Source: Gammaproteobacteria bacterium
GTDB taxonomy: Bacteria; Pseudomonadota; Gammaproteobacteria; Steroidobacterales; Rariloculaceae
Assembly (NCBI GenBank): GCA_036555065.1
Contig: DATBLZ010000040.1
Coordinates: 119 to 64,118 of the forward strand
DNA: 64,000 nt
Direction: 5' to 3'
The translations under genes and the position numbers were made by a program. The notes below the pieces were generated by a model. It did no database searches and was not told the DNA's origin. It was given only the letters and a program-made list of their open reading frames with translations. The first letter of the stretch is position 1. Each line of letters begins with the position of its first letter. This document shows positions 1 through 12,495 of this stretch, piece by piece.

Positions 1-1
1 A

Positions 2-403
2 TTCATGGACGGGCTGTACGCCGGCCTCGAGCGCATAACGCGCATGAATCTCATGCTCGAGCAGCTCGGCACGGCGAAGCTCAAGCCGCCGATCGCGACG
101 CTGCGGCCCTTGCATACGTTGGTTATCGTGCCCAAGGAAGATCTTCGCCACGTCGCCGCGCGGCATGTCCACGAGCTGCCACGGCCGCTACGCCTTTTGC
201 TCAAGGGCTTCGGCGCCTTGAACCAGGACGGCATGCAGCTCGTGAGCTACTTGTTGTTCGAGTCCGGTTTTACGCGCGAGCTCATCGAGATGGGGTACCG
301 CGACGCGCTCGCAATGGAGGAGGAGCTGCGCGCTTTCATCTTCGACCAGCCCATGGAGACGCTCGACGCGCCGATTCACCTCAAGCTCGATCTCACGCGG
401 TAG
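2..403 (+). CDS. C-terminal fragment of a patatin-like phospholipase family protein (5' end outside window)
   Basis: The frame is open from the window edge to the stop at 401-403. The tail (LVIVPKEDL...LLFESGFTRELIEMGYRDA) resembles the C-terminal region of RssA/patatin-type lipases. The family call is from recall only. Confidence 0.45.
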   Translation, partial: FMDGLYAGLERITRMNLMLEQLGTAKLKPPIATLRPLHTLVIVPKEDLRHVAARHVHELPRPLRLLLKGFGALNQDGMQLVSYLLFESGFTRELIEMGYRDALAMEEELRAFIFDQPMETLDAPIHLKLDLTR

Positions 404-405
404 GC

Positions 406-1263
406 TTACGGAAGCTCGTGGTGGCGCGTGCGGATCGGCCCGTAGCGCTTCGCGAGCGCCTGAGCCACGGCTTCGGCGATATAGACGGAGCGGTGCTGGC
501 CGCCCGTGCAGCCGATCGCGACCGTGAGGTAAGACCGATGAAAGTCGCGATACCGGGGAATCCAGTGCTCGAGGAATGCCGTGATGTCGGCAATCATCTC
601 TTGAACGCGCGGCTCGGCGTCGAGAAAGGCTCTGACTGGCGCGTCCTTGCCCGACAGCGGCCGCAGCTTCGGCTCCCAATACGGATTCGGCAAGCAGCGC
701 ACGTCGAACACGAAATCGGCGTCCGCCGGCAGGCCGTGCTTGTAGCCGAACGACTCGAGCAGTATCGATAGCGTGCCGGGCTCGCGGTAGCCGATCCGTT
801 GTTGGATTTGCTGGCGGAGCGCGTATACCGTCGTGCCCGTCGTATCGATGACGAGCTCGGCCGAGTTGATGATCGGACCCAAGAGCTCGCGCTCTTTGGC
901 GATTGCCTCCGGCAGGCTCACGCGTTCGTTCGTCAGGGGGTGCTTGCGCCGCGTCTCGCTGAAACGCGAGAGCAGCACCTTGTCATCGGCCTGCAGGAAA
1001 ATGATCTCGCAGACGATTCCGTCGGCGCGCAGCTGCTTGATGAGCTCCGGAATTCTCTCGATGTCTTCGGGACGATTGCGGGCGTCGAGGCCGACGCCGA
1101 CGTTCTCGTAGGCGCGGTCGCTGCGCCGCAGAACCTCGTCGACGACGGACCGCAAAAGCGGCGCCGGGATGTTGTCGATGCAGTAAAAGCCCAGGTCCTC
1201 GAGGACGTGCAGGGCCACGCTCTTGCCGGATCCGGATAGGCCGCTGATGACGATCAGGCGCAT
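406..1263 (-). CDS. rapZ: RNase adapter protein RapZ (YhbJ)
   Basis: 285-aa ORF starting MRLIVISGLSGSGKSVALHVLEDLGFYCIDNIP (Walker A). Full-length RapZ-like sequence in the conserved position downstream of rpoN-hpf. Confidence 0.95.
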   Translation of the reverse strand: MRLIVISGLSGSGKSVALHVLEDLGFYCIDNIPAPLLRSVVDEVLRRSDRAYENVGVGLDARNRPEDIERIPELIKQLRADGIVCEIIFLQADDKVLLSRFSETRRKHPLTNERVSLPEAIAKERELLGPIINSAELVIDTTGTTVYALRQQIQQRIGYREPGTLSILLESFGYKHGLPADADFVFDVRCLPNPYWEPKLRPLSGKDAPVRAFLDAEPRVQEMIADITAFLEHWIPRYRDFHRSYLTVAIGCTGGQHRSVYIAEAVAQALAKRYGPIRTRHHELP

Positions 1264-1281
1264 GCATCCATCCGGATGCCG

Positions 1282-1590
1282 TTACCGGTACCGCGACTTC
1301 TCGGCGTCGCGCGCGTGGTGATCGGTGAGCTTCTCTTTATGCTTGGTCACCTGGCGGCTCAGCTTGTCGACGAGACCGTCGATCGCGGCGTAGACGTCGG
1401 TTTCCCGCGAGTCGGCATAGAGCGTGCCGCCCCCGATGTGGACCGTAGCCTCGGCGCGGTGGACCGCCTTCTCGACGGAGAGCACGCAGTGAATGTCCGT
1501 CATGTTGTCGAAGTGCCGCTCGAGGCGTCGGAGCTTCGTGTCGACATATTCACGCAACGCCGGCGACACCGCGAAATGATGTCCCGTCAC
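1282..1590 (-). CDS. hpf: Ribosome hibernation promoting factor (short HPF/YhbH type)
   Basis: 102-aa ORF with HPF-like sequence (VSPALREYVDTKLRRLERHF...LYADSRETDVYAAIDGLVDKLSRQV), immediately downstream of rpoN. Confidence 0.9.
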   Translation of the reverse strand: MTGHHFAVSPALREYVDTKLRRLERHFDNMTDIHCVLSVEKAVHRAEATVHIGGGTLYADSRETDVYAAIDGLVDKLSRQVTKHKEKLTDHHARDAEKSRYR

Positions 1591-1627
1591 GGTCAGCTGA
1601 ATTCACGGTTCTCTGCGTGCACTTGCG

Positions 1628-3052
1628 TCAGCCTACCAAATTATCGCGGCGCCGGTCACTCGACGATGGAATCTTCAGAGCCTCTCGGTATTTCGCGACG
1701 GTGCGGCGCGCGACCTTGATTCCGTCCTCGAGAAGCAAGCGCGTGATCTCGCTGTCGCTGAGCGGCTTGTCGGGATTTTCGCTGCCGACGAGCTTGCGAA
1801 TCTTGGCGCGCACGGCCGTCGAGGACTGCTCGCCGTCGTCGCCGGTAACGTGGCTCGAGAAGAAGAACCGAAACTCGAAGACACCGCGCGGCGTATGCAT
1901 GTATTTGTTCGTAGTTACGCGCGATACCGTCGACTCGTGCATCTCGATGGCTTCGGCGATGTCGCGCAGCACCATCGGCCGCATGCGTTCCTCGCCCTGC
2001 TCGAGAAAATCGGTCTGGCGATGCACGATCGTGAGCGCGACTTTGAGCAGCGTCTCGTTGCGAATCTCGAGGCTGCGGATGAGCCAGCGCGCTTCTTGGA
2101 GTTGGGTCTTGAGCGCCGAGTACTCGTCGCCGCGGCCGAGCGAGCCCGCATAGACCGAGTTGACGCGCAAGCGCGGCGCGATCGCGTTGTTGAGCTCGAC
2201 CGTCCACTGGCCGTCGACGCGCCGCACGAAGACGTCGGGAACGACGTACTCCGCCGCCGGCGCAAACACGCTCGCGCCCGGCCGTGGATGACAAGCGCGA
2301 ATGAGAGCAAGCGCATGCTCGAGCTCATCGTCGGACGCGAGTAGAGCCCGTTTTAGCAACGAGTACTTGCGCTCCGCCGCGAGCTCGAGGTGCTCGCGCG
2401 CGATGCGCAACGCGAGCTCACGCCCGGGTGTGGCCGCATCGAGCTGACCGAGCTGCAGCGCTACGCACTCGCTGACCGACCGTGCCCCGATGCCGACCGG
2501 ATCCAATTGCTGGATCAGGCCCAAGGCCGTCTCGATTTCTTCGACCGTCGCGAGCAAATCCGGGGCCAAGGTCGCGCGAATCGTATCGAGATCGTCGGTC
2601 AAATAGCCGTCGTCGTTGATTGCATCGATGATCGCGCGACCGATCGCGGTGGTTCGGACATCGAGATTCGCAAGCTCGAGCTGCCACAGCAGATGATCCT
2701 TGAGAGTCTCTTCCGAGCGATCGGCGGGCTCGTATGGCGCCGTCGAATCGGCCTTCCGTGGTGTTTCTGCGGGGCCGGTGCGTTGGACCTCGTCCCATTC
2801 GGGCTCCGCGCGGACGTCGAGCTCCGGGGGTTCGTCGTCGTCGGCTGCGTAATCGTCGGCTGTCTCCGCGGCCTCGAGCGTCTCCGCTTGCTCCGGCTCG
2901 TCGACCTCGAGCATGACATTCTGCTCGAGCGCGAGCTCGATTTGCGCCTGCAGCTCCATGACGGGCAGTTGCAGCAGCCGGATGGCCTGCTGCAACTGCG
3001 GGGTCATGGTCAGCTGTTGCGCCAACCGCAATTGCAGGGACGGTTTCAACAT
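1628..3052 (-). CDS. rpoN: RNA polymerase sigma-54 factor RpoN
   Basis: 474-aa ORF. N-terminal MLKPSLQLRLAQQLTMTPQLQQAIRLLQL and the C-terminal RpoN box ARRTVAKYRE are diagnostic. Confidence 0.97.
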   Translation of the reverse strand: MLKPSLQLRLAQQLTMTPQLQQAIRLLQLPVMELQAQIELALEQNVMLEVDEPEQAETLEAAETADDYAADDDEPPELDVRAEPEWDEVQRTGPAETPRKADSTAPYEPADRSEETLKDHLLWQLELANLDVRTTAIGRAIIDAINDDGYLTDDLDTIRATLAPDLLATVEEIETALGLIQQLDPVGIGARSVSECVALQLGQLDAATPGRELALRIAREHLELAAERKYSLLKRALLASDDELEHALALIRACHPRPGASVFAPAAEYVVPDVFVRRVDGQWTVELNNAIAPRLRVNSVYAGSLGRGDEYSALKTQLQEARWLIRSLEIRNETLLKVALTIVHRQTDFLEQGEERMRPMVLRDIAEAIEMHESTVSRVTTNKYMHTPRGVFEFRFFFSSHVTGDDGEQSSTAVRAKIRKLVGSENPDKPLSDSEITRLLLEDGIKVARRTVAKYREALKIPSSSDRRRDNLVG

Positions 3053-3066
3053 CGAATCGGAGGACG

Positions 3067-3792
3067 CTAAAGCGAGAATCCCTCTCCTAGATAGACTTCG
3101 CGGACGTTCTTGTTGGCGAGCACCTCGTCGGGAGTACCGGCTGCCATGAGCTCGCCATTGTTGAGGATATAGGCCCGCCCGCAGATTCCAAGGGTTTCGC
3201 GCACATTATGGTCGGTTATCAATACGCCGATGCCGCGCTGGCTCAAATGCCTGATTATTCGTTGGATATCGAGAACGGAAATAGGATCGACGCCCGCAAA
3301 AGGCTCGTCGAGCAAAATGAATTTCGGCTCCGAGGCGAGCGCGCGCGCGATTTCGACGCGCCGTCGCTCGCCGCCCGAGAGGCTCAAGCCGAGGCTGTCG
3401 CGGACGTGGCCGACATGGAGCTCTTCGAGCAACTCCTCTAGATGCGCTTGCTGCTCGGCGCGACTCAAATCGGCGCGCGTCTCGAGGATCGCGAGCACGT
3501 TGTCGGCGACCGTGAGCTTGCGGAACACGGAGGCTTCCTGCGGCAAGTACCCGAGGCCGAGCTGCGCGCGCCGGTGGACGGGGAGGCGCGTGATGTCCTG
3601 ACCATTGAGCACGATGTTGCCGCGATCGCAGCCGATGAGTCCGACGATCATGTAGAAGGCCGTCGTCTTGCCGGCACCGTTCGGGCCGAGCAAGCCGACG
3701 ACATCGCCACTCTCGATCGTCAGCGACAGCTGCTTGACTACATCCCGCGTGCGAAAGCGCTTCGTGATTCCGAGCGTTTCTAGCTTACTCAT
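3067..3792 (-). CDS. lptB: LPS export ABC transporter ATP-binding protein LptB
   Basis: The ORF track gives 330 aa. Conservation starts at internal [13 protein letters not shown] (ATG at 3792-3790). Walker [10 protein letters not shown] and ABC signature LSGGERRR are present. The upstream 89 codons are Arg/Pro-rich and overlap lptA. Confidence 0.95.
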   Translation of the reverse strand: MSKLETLGITKRFRTRDVVKQLSLTIESGDVVGLLGPNGAGKTTAFYMIVGLIGCDRGNIVLNGQDITRLPVHRRAQLGLGYLPQEASVFRKLTVADNVLAILETRADLSRAEQQAHLEELLEELHVGHVRDSLGLSLSGGERRRVEIARALASEPKFILLDEPFAGVDPISVLDIQRIIRHLSQRGIGVLITDHNVRETLGICGRAYILNNGELMAAGTPDEVLANKNVREVYLGEGFSL

Positions 3793-4435
3793 CGTTCGGC
3801 GGGGCTTGCCCGGGCTCTTGCGCGCCGTCGCTCGGTCGCAGGTAACGGATCTCGAGCGGATCACCGCAAGTCGCGATGGACTCCGACTCGCCGGTTGCCA
3901 GGTCGTAGCTGATGTCCCCACAGCCGCGCATCTCGAAGTTGGGGCCGACGAGGGAGTTACCTTCGCGCATGCGCAGCCGGGCCGTCTGCGCAACGTTGTC
4001 GTAGTAAATGGTCTGGGCCGTCGCGCGCGCACGCAGCGTACCGTCGGTATTCGTGCCACGGTCTTCGAGCACCGCGGGAACGCCGCTGAGCTCGCCGAAC
4101 AAGAGATTGCTCGCCGCGAAGCCGAGCGTCGCGCTATCCGCGGTGATGAGTGCGGCTGCCGACTCGATACGGACGTTGCCGTGCATTTCCCATTGCCCTT
4201 CCTGCGGCACGACCTCGCTCGCCTCGGCTTCGTCGGCGGCGACCGCGACGCCTTCGCAGGTCAAGCGGATGCCGCGAAACTCGCCGCGATTCGTTTGTGC
4301 GTTGAGCACGGTGGAATCGAACGCGAGCGAGCATGTCGTCGGCTCGGCGCTCTGCTGCGCAAAGCTTGCAGCGCCGGCGGCTCCGCCGAGCACGAGCAGC
4401 ACGAGAACCCTAGTGGTCGAGCCGACCATGACCAT
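3785..4435 (-). CDS. lptA: LPS transport periplasmic protein LptA (OstA family)
   Basis: 216-aa ORF with an N-terminal signal peptide ([18 protein letters not shown]). It sits between lptC and lptB with 8-nt and about 26-nt overlaps, and has an OstA-like beta-rich sequence. Confidence 0.8.
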   Translation of the reverse strand: MVMVGSTTRVLVLLVLGGAAGAASFAQQSAEPTTCSLAFDSTVLNAQTNRGEFRGIRLTCEGVAVAADEAEASEVVPQEGQWEMHGNVRIESAAALITADSATLGFAASNLLFGELSGVPAVLEDRGTNTDGTLRARATAQTIYYDNVAQTARLRMREGNSLVGPNFEMRGCGDISYDLATGESESIATCGDPLEIRYLRPSDGAQEPGQAPPNDE

Positions 4436-4958
4436 TTTCCAACGTTATTTGGTCTTGCTTGAGATCGGCGCGGAAGCTCTGCGCTTCGACGCGCGCGTCG
4501 CCGCGCGATAGCACGACGGGGTGCTGTGAGCGCGCGAGGTATGTCTCTGCATCGAAGTCGAGCTCGTCGGTCTCGATGACCAACGCATCCGCTCCGGGCT
4601 CGGGAAGGCTCGTGAGCCGCGCATCGTTCAGTTGCATGGTTTCGTCTTCGTTCAACGTCGCGCGCACGGCGGTCACGAGCCAGGGTATCTTTTCGCGCGT
4701 CTCGTATTCTACGCGGACTTCGTTGAGCACCAGCGGCTGGTCCTGCCCGGGCTGCTCGACCATCTTCGCGAATACACGGTAGGAGACGTAGCCGCTCGGA
4801 TCCGTGCCGAGAATCGCCGTGTCGCGCATATAGAACGTACGCGGTGCGGACGCTTCGCTCGCGGCGATGACCGGCGTCTCTTGCCGGCCAAGAAGCCAAG
4901 TCGCGACTGCGAATACGGCGAGCACGCCGAGCAGAGCGCCGTTGCGCAGCGGTGTCAT
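4410..4958 (-). CDS. lptC: LPS export system protein LptC
   Basis: 182-aa ORF with a single N-terminal TM anchor (GALLGVLAVFAVATWLL). Position directly upstream of lptA-lptB. Confidence 0.75.
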   Translation of the reverse strand: MTPLRNGALLGVLAVFAVATWLLGRQETPVIAASEASAPRTFYMRDTAILGTDPSGYVSYRVFAKMVEQPGQDQPLVLNEVRVEYETREKIPWLVTAVRATLNEDETMQLNDARLTSLPEPGADALVIETDELDFDAETYLARSQHPVVLSRGDARVEAQSFRADLKQDQITLENGHGRLDH

Positions 4959-5086
4959 CTCTGACGAGTTCCTGTGTCACGCATGGTGCGCTGCGATTGT
5001 ACGCCAGCCCCGGCCGTTCGTTGTCCGGCCGGTCGGTCGTCGCTCGCGTGCTAGACTACGCGGCCTTCCCCCGGACGACTCGACAC

Positions 5087-5329
5087 ATGGCGCCCGACGA
5101 AATCGCTGAGCTCATCGAGAAATCCCTCGCCGGCGCGAAAGCGCAGGTGACGACGGACGGCATGGGGCATTACGAAGCGATCGTCGTCAGCGACCTGTTT
5201 GCGGGCAAGCGCAGCGTCCCGCGCCATCAAATGGTGTACGCGGCGCTCGGCACGCGCGTCGGCAACGAGATTCACGCATTGGCCGTAAAGACCTTCACTC
5301 CCGCGGAATGGGCCGAAGCGAAACCTTGA
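5087..5329 (+). CDS. ibaG: BolA-family protein IbaG (YrbA)
   Basis: Conserved part starts at MAPDEIAELIEKSL. BolA-type motif RHQMVYAAL...IHALAVKTFTPAEW. Directly upstream of murA, as in other gammaproteobacteria. Confidence 0.8.
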   Translation: MAPDEIAELIEKSLAGAKAQVTTDGMGHYEAIVVSDLFAGKRSVPRHQMVYAALGTRVGNEIHALAVKTFTPAEWAEAKP

Positions 5330-6601
<1,272 letters not shown>

Positions 6602-6619
6602 CGCGCGTCGACCGTCGGG

Positions 6620-7690
6620 TCAGGTACCGTCTCGCTGCGGACGCTCCTCGAGAACGGCTTCGGTTTCGAAAACCTCACCGCCGGCGCGCGCGACTCGGAT
6701 CCGCACGCGGTCGCCGGGCCGGCCTGCGGCGATGAGATTCGTCGCCTGCCGCTCGCTCGCGACCTCGTCCGCGCCGATCGCGGCGAGCACATCTCCGGCT
6801 TTGAGTCCGGCGGCCTCGGCGGAGCTTCCGGGCGCGACGACGTCGAGCCGAAACGCCGGTCGCTCGAGCCCGTAGACGCGTGCCAGACGCGGCGGAAGAT
6901 CCGTGCCCTCGATGCCGAGGTGCCCGCGAATGACGCGGCCGTTGGCGATGAGCTCGGTCATGACGCCGCGGACGAGATTGATGGGAATCGCGAAGCCGAT
7001 TCCCTCCGGCGGTTCGGGGTCCCGCGCCGTCGAGCTCGTGACGGCCGTATTGATGCCGACGAGCTCGCCTTTGGCGTTGACGAGCGCGCCGCCGGAATTG
7101 CCGACGTTGATTGCGGCATCGGTCTGAATGAAATCTTCGAACGTCGTCACGCCGAGCTGGCCTCTGCCCGTGGCGCTCACGATGCCCATGGTCACGGTAT
7201 GGCTTAAGCCCAAGGAGTTGCCGATCGCGAGCACGACGTCGCCGACTTGCAGGCTATCCGACCGGCCGAGGGCGATGCTCGGCAGATTCGGCGCGTCGAT
7301 TCGCAGCAGCGCGATCTCCGTGTCGGGATCGGCGCCGACGAGCGTCGGCACGGCCACGCGCCCATCGGCGAGCTGCACGCGGATGCGATCCGCACCGCGG
7401 ATCACGTGCCAGTTGGTCACGAGATACCCATTCGGGTCGATGACGACGGCAGAGCCGAGCACGCGATCCGGCGCCGCCGCGCCATCGAGGCGGTTGATCG
7501 TCGTATAGACGTTTGCGACCGCAGGCGAGCTTGCGGCGACGGCTGCCGCATAACTGGCTCGCGCCACATCGCCGGCGTCCGCCGCTGGACGGATGAGGCT
7601 CGGTTTGACGAGCACGACGATAAACGCGACCGCGAGGCCAAGCAGGACCGACTGGACGATCAAGGCGGTGACTTTGAAGCGCGAGTCCAC
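6620..7690 (-). CDS. degS: DegS/AlgW-type membrane-anchored S1C serine endoprotease with one PDZ domain
   Basis: Trypsin-like catalytic motifs: TNWHV (His), DTEIALLRI (Asp), GNSGGALVN (Ser). N-terminal TM segment and C-terminal PDZ-like region. The start is uncertain. GTG at 7690 gives 356 aa, whereas the ORF-track start at 7834 adds a non-conserved extension reaching the petA start. Confidence 0.8.
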   Translation of the reverse strand: MDSRFKVTALIVQSVLLGLAVAFIVVLVKPSLIRPAADAGDVARASYAAAVAASSPAVANVYTTINRLDGAAAPDRVLGSAVVIDPNGYLVTNWHVIRGADRIRVQLADGRVAVPTLVGADPDTEIALLRIDAPNLPSIALGRSDSLQVGDVVLAIGNSLGLSHTVTMGIVSATGRGQLGVTTFEDFIQTDAAINVGNSGGALVNAKGELVGINTAVTSSTARDPEPPEGIGFAIPINLVRGVMTELIANGRVIRGHLGIEGTDLPPRLARVYGLERPAFRLDVVAPGSSAEAAGLKAGDVLAAIGADEVASERQATNLIAAGRPGDRVRIRVARAGGEVFETEAVLEERPQRDGT

Positions 7691-7833
7691 GCCCGAGTCT
7701 AGCAGCTTGCGTCGCCGCTCGGTGGTCAAGCCGTTTCTGCGCTGTGTATAATGGAATCGTCCGATAGGCCATCGGTGCCCCGTCGCGCAGCTGGAACAGC
7801 GCGGGATGTGCCAGCAAGCCAACAAAGTGCGCA

Positions 7834-8445
7834 ATGACTGACAGCTCGGGGTTCACGAGACGACACTTCCTGACGGTCGCGACGGCCGCGACCGGAGTCG
7901 TCGGCGGCATATTCACTGCCGTGCCGTTCGTTGCCTCGTTCAAGCCCAGCGCACGCGCGCAAGCGCTCGGTGTGCCCGTCGAGGCCGATATCAGCAAGCT
8001 CGAGCCCGGCGCGCTGCTGAAGCTCGAGTGGCGAGGCAAAGCGATTTATATCGTGCACCGCACGGACGAGATGCTGAGCTCGCTCGACCGTGACGTCGCC
8101 CGGCTCCGCGACCCGAACTCCGAGGACGATGGATCCAAACAACCGGAGTATGCGAAGAACCCGCATCGGAGCATCAAGCCGGCGTTTCTCGTGCTCGAGG
8201 GCGTCTGCACGCATCTCGGCTGCGCGCCGCTCGCGCGCTTCGAGGTCGGCCCCGCCGCCGATGCCGCGGAAGTCGGCGGCGACTGGCCGGGCGGCTTCTT
8301 CTGCCCGTGTCATGGCTCGAAGTTCGATCTCGCCGGACGCGTATTTTCCGGCGTGCCGGCGCCCTACAATCTCCCGGTCCCGCCGCACCGCTACGTCAAC
8401 GACAACACGATCGTGATCGGCGCAGACGCGGGGAGCAGCACGTAA
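7834..8445 (+). CDS. petA: Ubiquinol-cytochrome c reductase Rieske iron-sulfur subunit
   Basis: 203-aa ORF with a TAT-like RRHFL motif and Rieske boxes CTHLGC and CPCHGS. Confidence 0.95.
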   Translation: MTDSSGFTRRHFLTVATAATGVVGGIFTAVPFVASFKPSARAQALGVPVEADISKLEPGALLKLEWRGKAIYIVHRTDEMLSSLDRDVARLRDPNSEDDGSKQPEYAKNPHRSIKPAFLVLEGVCTHLGCAPLARFEVGPAADAAEVGGDWPGGFFCPCHGSKFDLAGRVFSGVPAPYNLPVPPHRYVNDNTIVIGADAGSST

Positions 8446-9701
8446 TGGCGAGCACGGAAGCCGACGTCTTCGACCGTCTTGGCCGGCGCTTGGGCGCCTT
8501 GGGCGCGTGGATCGACGCGCGCTTTCCGATGACGAAGCTCATCAAAGAGCACGCGACCGAGTACTACGCCTCGAAGAACTTCAATATCTGGTATGCGTTC
8601 GGCGTTCTCGCGACCGTCGTGCTCGTGATTCAGCTCGTCACGGGCATCTTCCTCACGATGAGCTACAAGCCCTCGGCCGAAGGAGCGTTCGCCTCGGTCG
8701 AGTACATCATGCGCGACGTCGAATGGGGATGGCTCATTCGCTACCTGCACTCGACGGGCGCGTCCGCGTTCTTCATCGTCATCTATTTGCACATGTTCCG
8801 CGGTCTCATGTACGGCTCGTACAAGAAGCCGCGCGAGCTCGTTTGGCTGATCGGCATGGCAATCTACGTCTGCCTCATGGGCGAGGCGTTTTTCGGCTAC
8901 CTATTGCCGTGGGGCAACATGTCGTACTGGGGCGCGCAAGTGATCGTCTCGCTGTTCGGCGCTGTGCCCGTCGTCGGCGAAGGCATCGCCGAGTGGATTC
9001 GCGGCGATTTCTACATTTCGGACATCACGCTCAATCGCTTCTTCGCGTTCCATGTCGTCGCCGTGCCGCTATTGCTCGTGCTGCTCGTCGTCGTGCACAT
9101 CATGGCGCTGCACGAGGTCGGCTCGAACAATCCCGACGGCATCGAGATAAAGGAGCACAAGGATGCGAGTGGAAAGCCCGTCGACGGCGTCGCGTTCCAT
9201 CCGTATCACACGAGCAAGGATCTCGTCATCATCATCGTGTTCCTGATCATCTTTGCGGGCGTCGTGTTCTTCGCGCCCGAGATGGGTGGATACTTCCTCG
9301 AGCACGCGAATTTCGAGCCTGCCAACACGCTCGCGACCCCGGAGCACATTGCTCCTGTCTGGTATTTCACGCCGTTCTACGCGATGCTGCGTGCCGTCCC
9401 CGACAAGCTGCTCGGCGTGCTGCTTATGGCCGCCGCGATCATCTTGCCGTTCTTCCTACCGTGGCTCGACCGCTGCCGCGTGAAGTCCATCCGCTATCGA
9501 AGCTGGGTCTACAAGACCGCGCTCGGTTTCTTCGCCGTAAGCTTCCTCGCGCTCGGCTACCTTGGGCTACAGGTGCCGACAAAGCTATACACGGCGCTCT
9601 CGGCCGTGTTCACGGCAATCTACTTCGCGTTCTTCATCTTGATGCCGTTCTACTCGAGCTTGGAGAAGACCAAGCCCGTGCCGAACCGCGTGAGCAAATG
9701 A
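8445..9701 (+). CDS. petB: Cytochrome b subunit of the bc1 complex
   Basis: True start MASTEADVF at 8445 (TAATG overlap with petA). Polytopic sequence with [14 protein letters not shown] and PEWYF-like ([10 protein letters not shown]) cytochrome b motifs. Confidence 0.95.
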   Translation: MASTEADVFDRLGRRLGALGAWIDARFPMTKLIKEHATEYYASKNFNIWYAFGVLATVVLVIQLVTGIFLTMSYKPSAEGAFASVEYIMRDVEWGWLIRYLHSTGASAFFIVIYLHMFRGLMYGSYKKPRELVWLIGMAIYVCLMGEAFFGYLLPWGNMSYWGAQVIVSLFGAVPVVGEGIAEWIRGDFYISDITLNRFFAFHVVAVPLLLVLLVVVHIMALHEVGSNNPDGIEIKEHKDASGKPVDGVAFHPYHTSKDLVIIIVFLIIFAGVVFFAPEMGGYFLEHANFEPANTLATPEHIAPVWYFTPFYAMLRAVPDKLLGVLLMAAAIILPFFLPWLDRCRVKSIRYRSWVYKTALGFFAVSFLALGYLGLQVPTKLYTALSAVFTAIYFAFFILMPFYSSLEKTKPVPNRVSK

Positions 9702-10432
9702 GCGCTAGGTTCACCGCTGTGCTCGTTGGCTTGGCGATTTGGTCGGCGGGGAACGCCGCGAGCAAGATCGAGCTCGAGCCCGCGGGCAACAACATAGCGA
9801 GCACGGCGTCCTTGCAGAACGGCGCGAAGTACTACGTCAACTATTGCTTGGGCTGCCATTCGGCGAAATACGTTCGGTACAACCGCCTCGCGGCCGATTT
9901 GCAGCTCAGTGAGGAGCAGCTCGTCGAGAATTTGATGTTTACGGGCGAGCAACCGTTCGACACGATGGAAATCGCGATGCGGCCCGAGGACGCGATTCGC
10001 TGGTTCAAGGTTGCGCCGCCGGATTTGTCGCTGATCGCGCGCAGCCGCGGTACCGACTATTTGTACACGTACTTGCGCAGTTTCTACGCCGCGCCCGAGC
10101 GGCCGATGGGCGTCGACAATCTCGTGCTGCCTGGAACATCGATGCCGCACGTGCTCTGGGAGCTGCAGGGAATTCAGGTTCCGATCTACGCGGACGACCC
10201 GGACCACCCTGACCATAAGATCTTCAGCGGTTTCGAGATCGTGCGCCCCGGGACGCTCAGCCCCGGTGACTACGATCGCGTCGTTCGCGATATAGTCAAT
10301 TTTCTCGACTACATCGGTGAGCCCATGCAACGGGAGCGCGAAGCGCTCGGCATCCGCGTGATTGCGTTCTTGTTCGTGTTTCTCGTGGTCGCGTTCCTTT
10401 TGAAGAAAGAGATTTGGAAAGACGTCAAGTAG
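9698..10432 (+). CDS. petC: Cytochrome c1
   Basis: Start [12 protein letters not shown] at 9698 (ATGA overlap with petB). Heme motif CLGCHS and a C-terminal TM anchor. The 641-aa ORF in the track is an out-of-frame run-on across petB. Confidence 0.9.
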   Translation: MSARFTAVLVGLAIWSAGNAASKIELEPAGNNIASTASLQNGAKYYVNYCLGCHSAKYVRYNRLAADLQLSEEQLVENLMFTGEQPFDTMEIAMRPEDAIRWFKVAPPDLSLIARSRGTDYLYTYLRSFYAAPERPMGVDNLVLPGTSMPHVLWELQGIQVPIYADDPDHPDHKIFSGFEIVRPGTLSPGDYDRVVRDIVNFLDYIGEPMQREREALGIRVIAFLFVFLVVAFLLKKEIWKDVK

Positions 10433-10451
10433 CCGCACCGCGAGCTCCCCT

Positions 10452-11081
10452 ATGGCGGCAATCTCCATCCATCGATCCGTGATGACACTATTCTCAAAGC
10501 CTCTCGACCCCTGGAGCCACCGCACGCGGCTCGTGCTTGCGGAGAAGAGCATCACTATCGACATCGTCGATGTCGAGGACGGCAATCTTCCCGAGGATCT
10601 GCTCGACCTCAATCCGTATAACAGCGTGCCTACGCTCGTCGATCGAGACCTGGTCCTTTACGATTCGCGCGTGATCATCGAGTACCTCGATGAGCGTTTT
10701 CCGCACCCGCCGCTCATGCCTGTCGATCCTGTCACGCGGGCGCAGTTCCGCCTCGCGCTGTTTCGCATCGAAAAAGATTGGTACTCGCTTGCTGCGGACG
10801 TCGCCGCAGGCGGCGAACGCAAGCCCGTCGCGCGCGCAGTACGTGCGCTCGAGGAGAGCATCATTTCGAGCGCCGATATCTTCGCCGCGAAACGCTTTTT
10901 CCTGAGCGACGAGTTCTCTCTCGTCGACTGCACGATCGCGCCGATCCTGTGGCGGCTACCGATGTTCGGCATCAAGCTGCCGAGCCAGGCACGGCCGATC
11001 AATGTGTATATGGACACCGTGTTTTCGCGTCCGTCGTTCCAAGCGAGTCTCACGGAGCAAGAGCAGGAGATTCGCCAGTAG
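10452..11081 (+). CDS. sspA: Stringent starvation protein A (GST-like)
   Basis: 209-aa ORF with MTLFSKPLDPWSHRTRLVLAEK...NPYNSVPTLVDRDLVLYDSRVIIEYLDERFPHPPLMP. The internal ATG at 10482 is an alternative start. Confidence 0.93.
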   Translation: MAAISIHRSVMTLFSKPLDPWSHRTRLVLAEKSITIDIVDVEDGNLPEDLLDLNPYNSVPTLVDRDLVLYDSRVIIEYLDERFPHPPLMPVDPVTRAQFRLALFRIEKDWYSLAADVAAGGERKPVARAVRALEESIISSADIFAAKRFFLSDEFSLVDCTIAPILWRLPMFGIKLPSQARPINVYMDTVFSRPSFQASLTEQEQEIRQ

Positions 11082-11084
11082 CCG

Positions 11085-12482
<1,398 letters not shown>

Positions 12483-12495
12483 GGATCCGTGGACG

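Noticed and set aside
3793-4059. 5' extension of the lptB ORF (330 aa in the track)
   Set aside because: The extension is Arg/Pro/Thr-rich and overlaps lptA. LptB conservation starts exactly at the internal MSKLETL. The same trimming logic was applied to diaA, yraN, lpoA, ibaG, coaE, zapD, rluD, pgeF, mutT and ftsI.
8507-9697. First ~397 codons of the 641-aa ORF ending at 10432
   Set aside because: This part runs out of frame across petB and is Arg-rich. Only the last 244 codons, from ATG 9698 (signal peptide plus CLGCH heme site), are cytochrome c1. The same holds for the long run-on ORFs 21940-24426, 24641-26659, 26461-28080 and 58419-59603.
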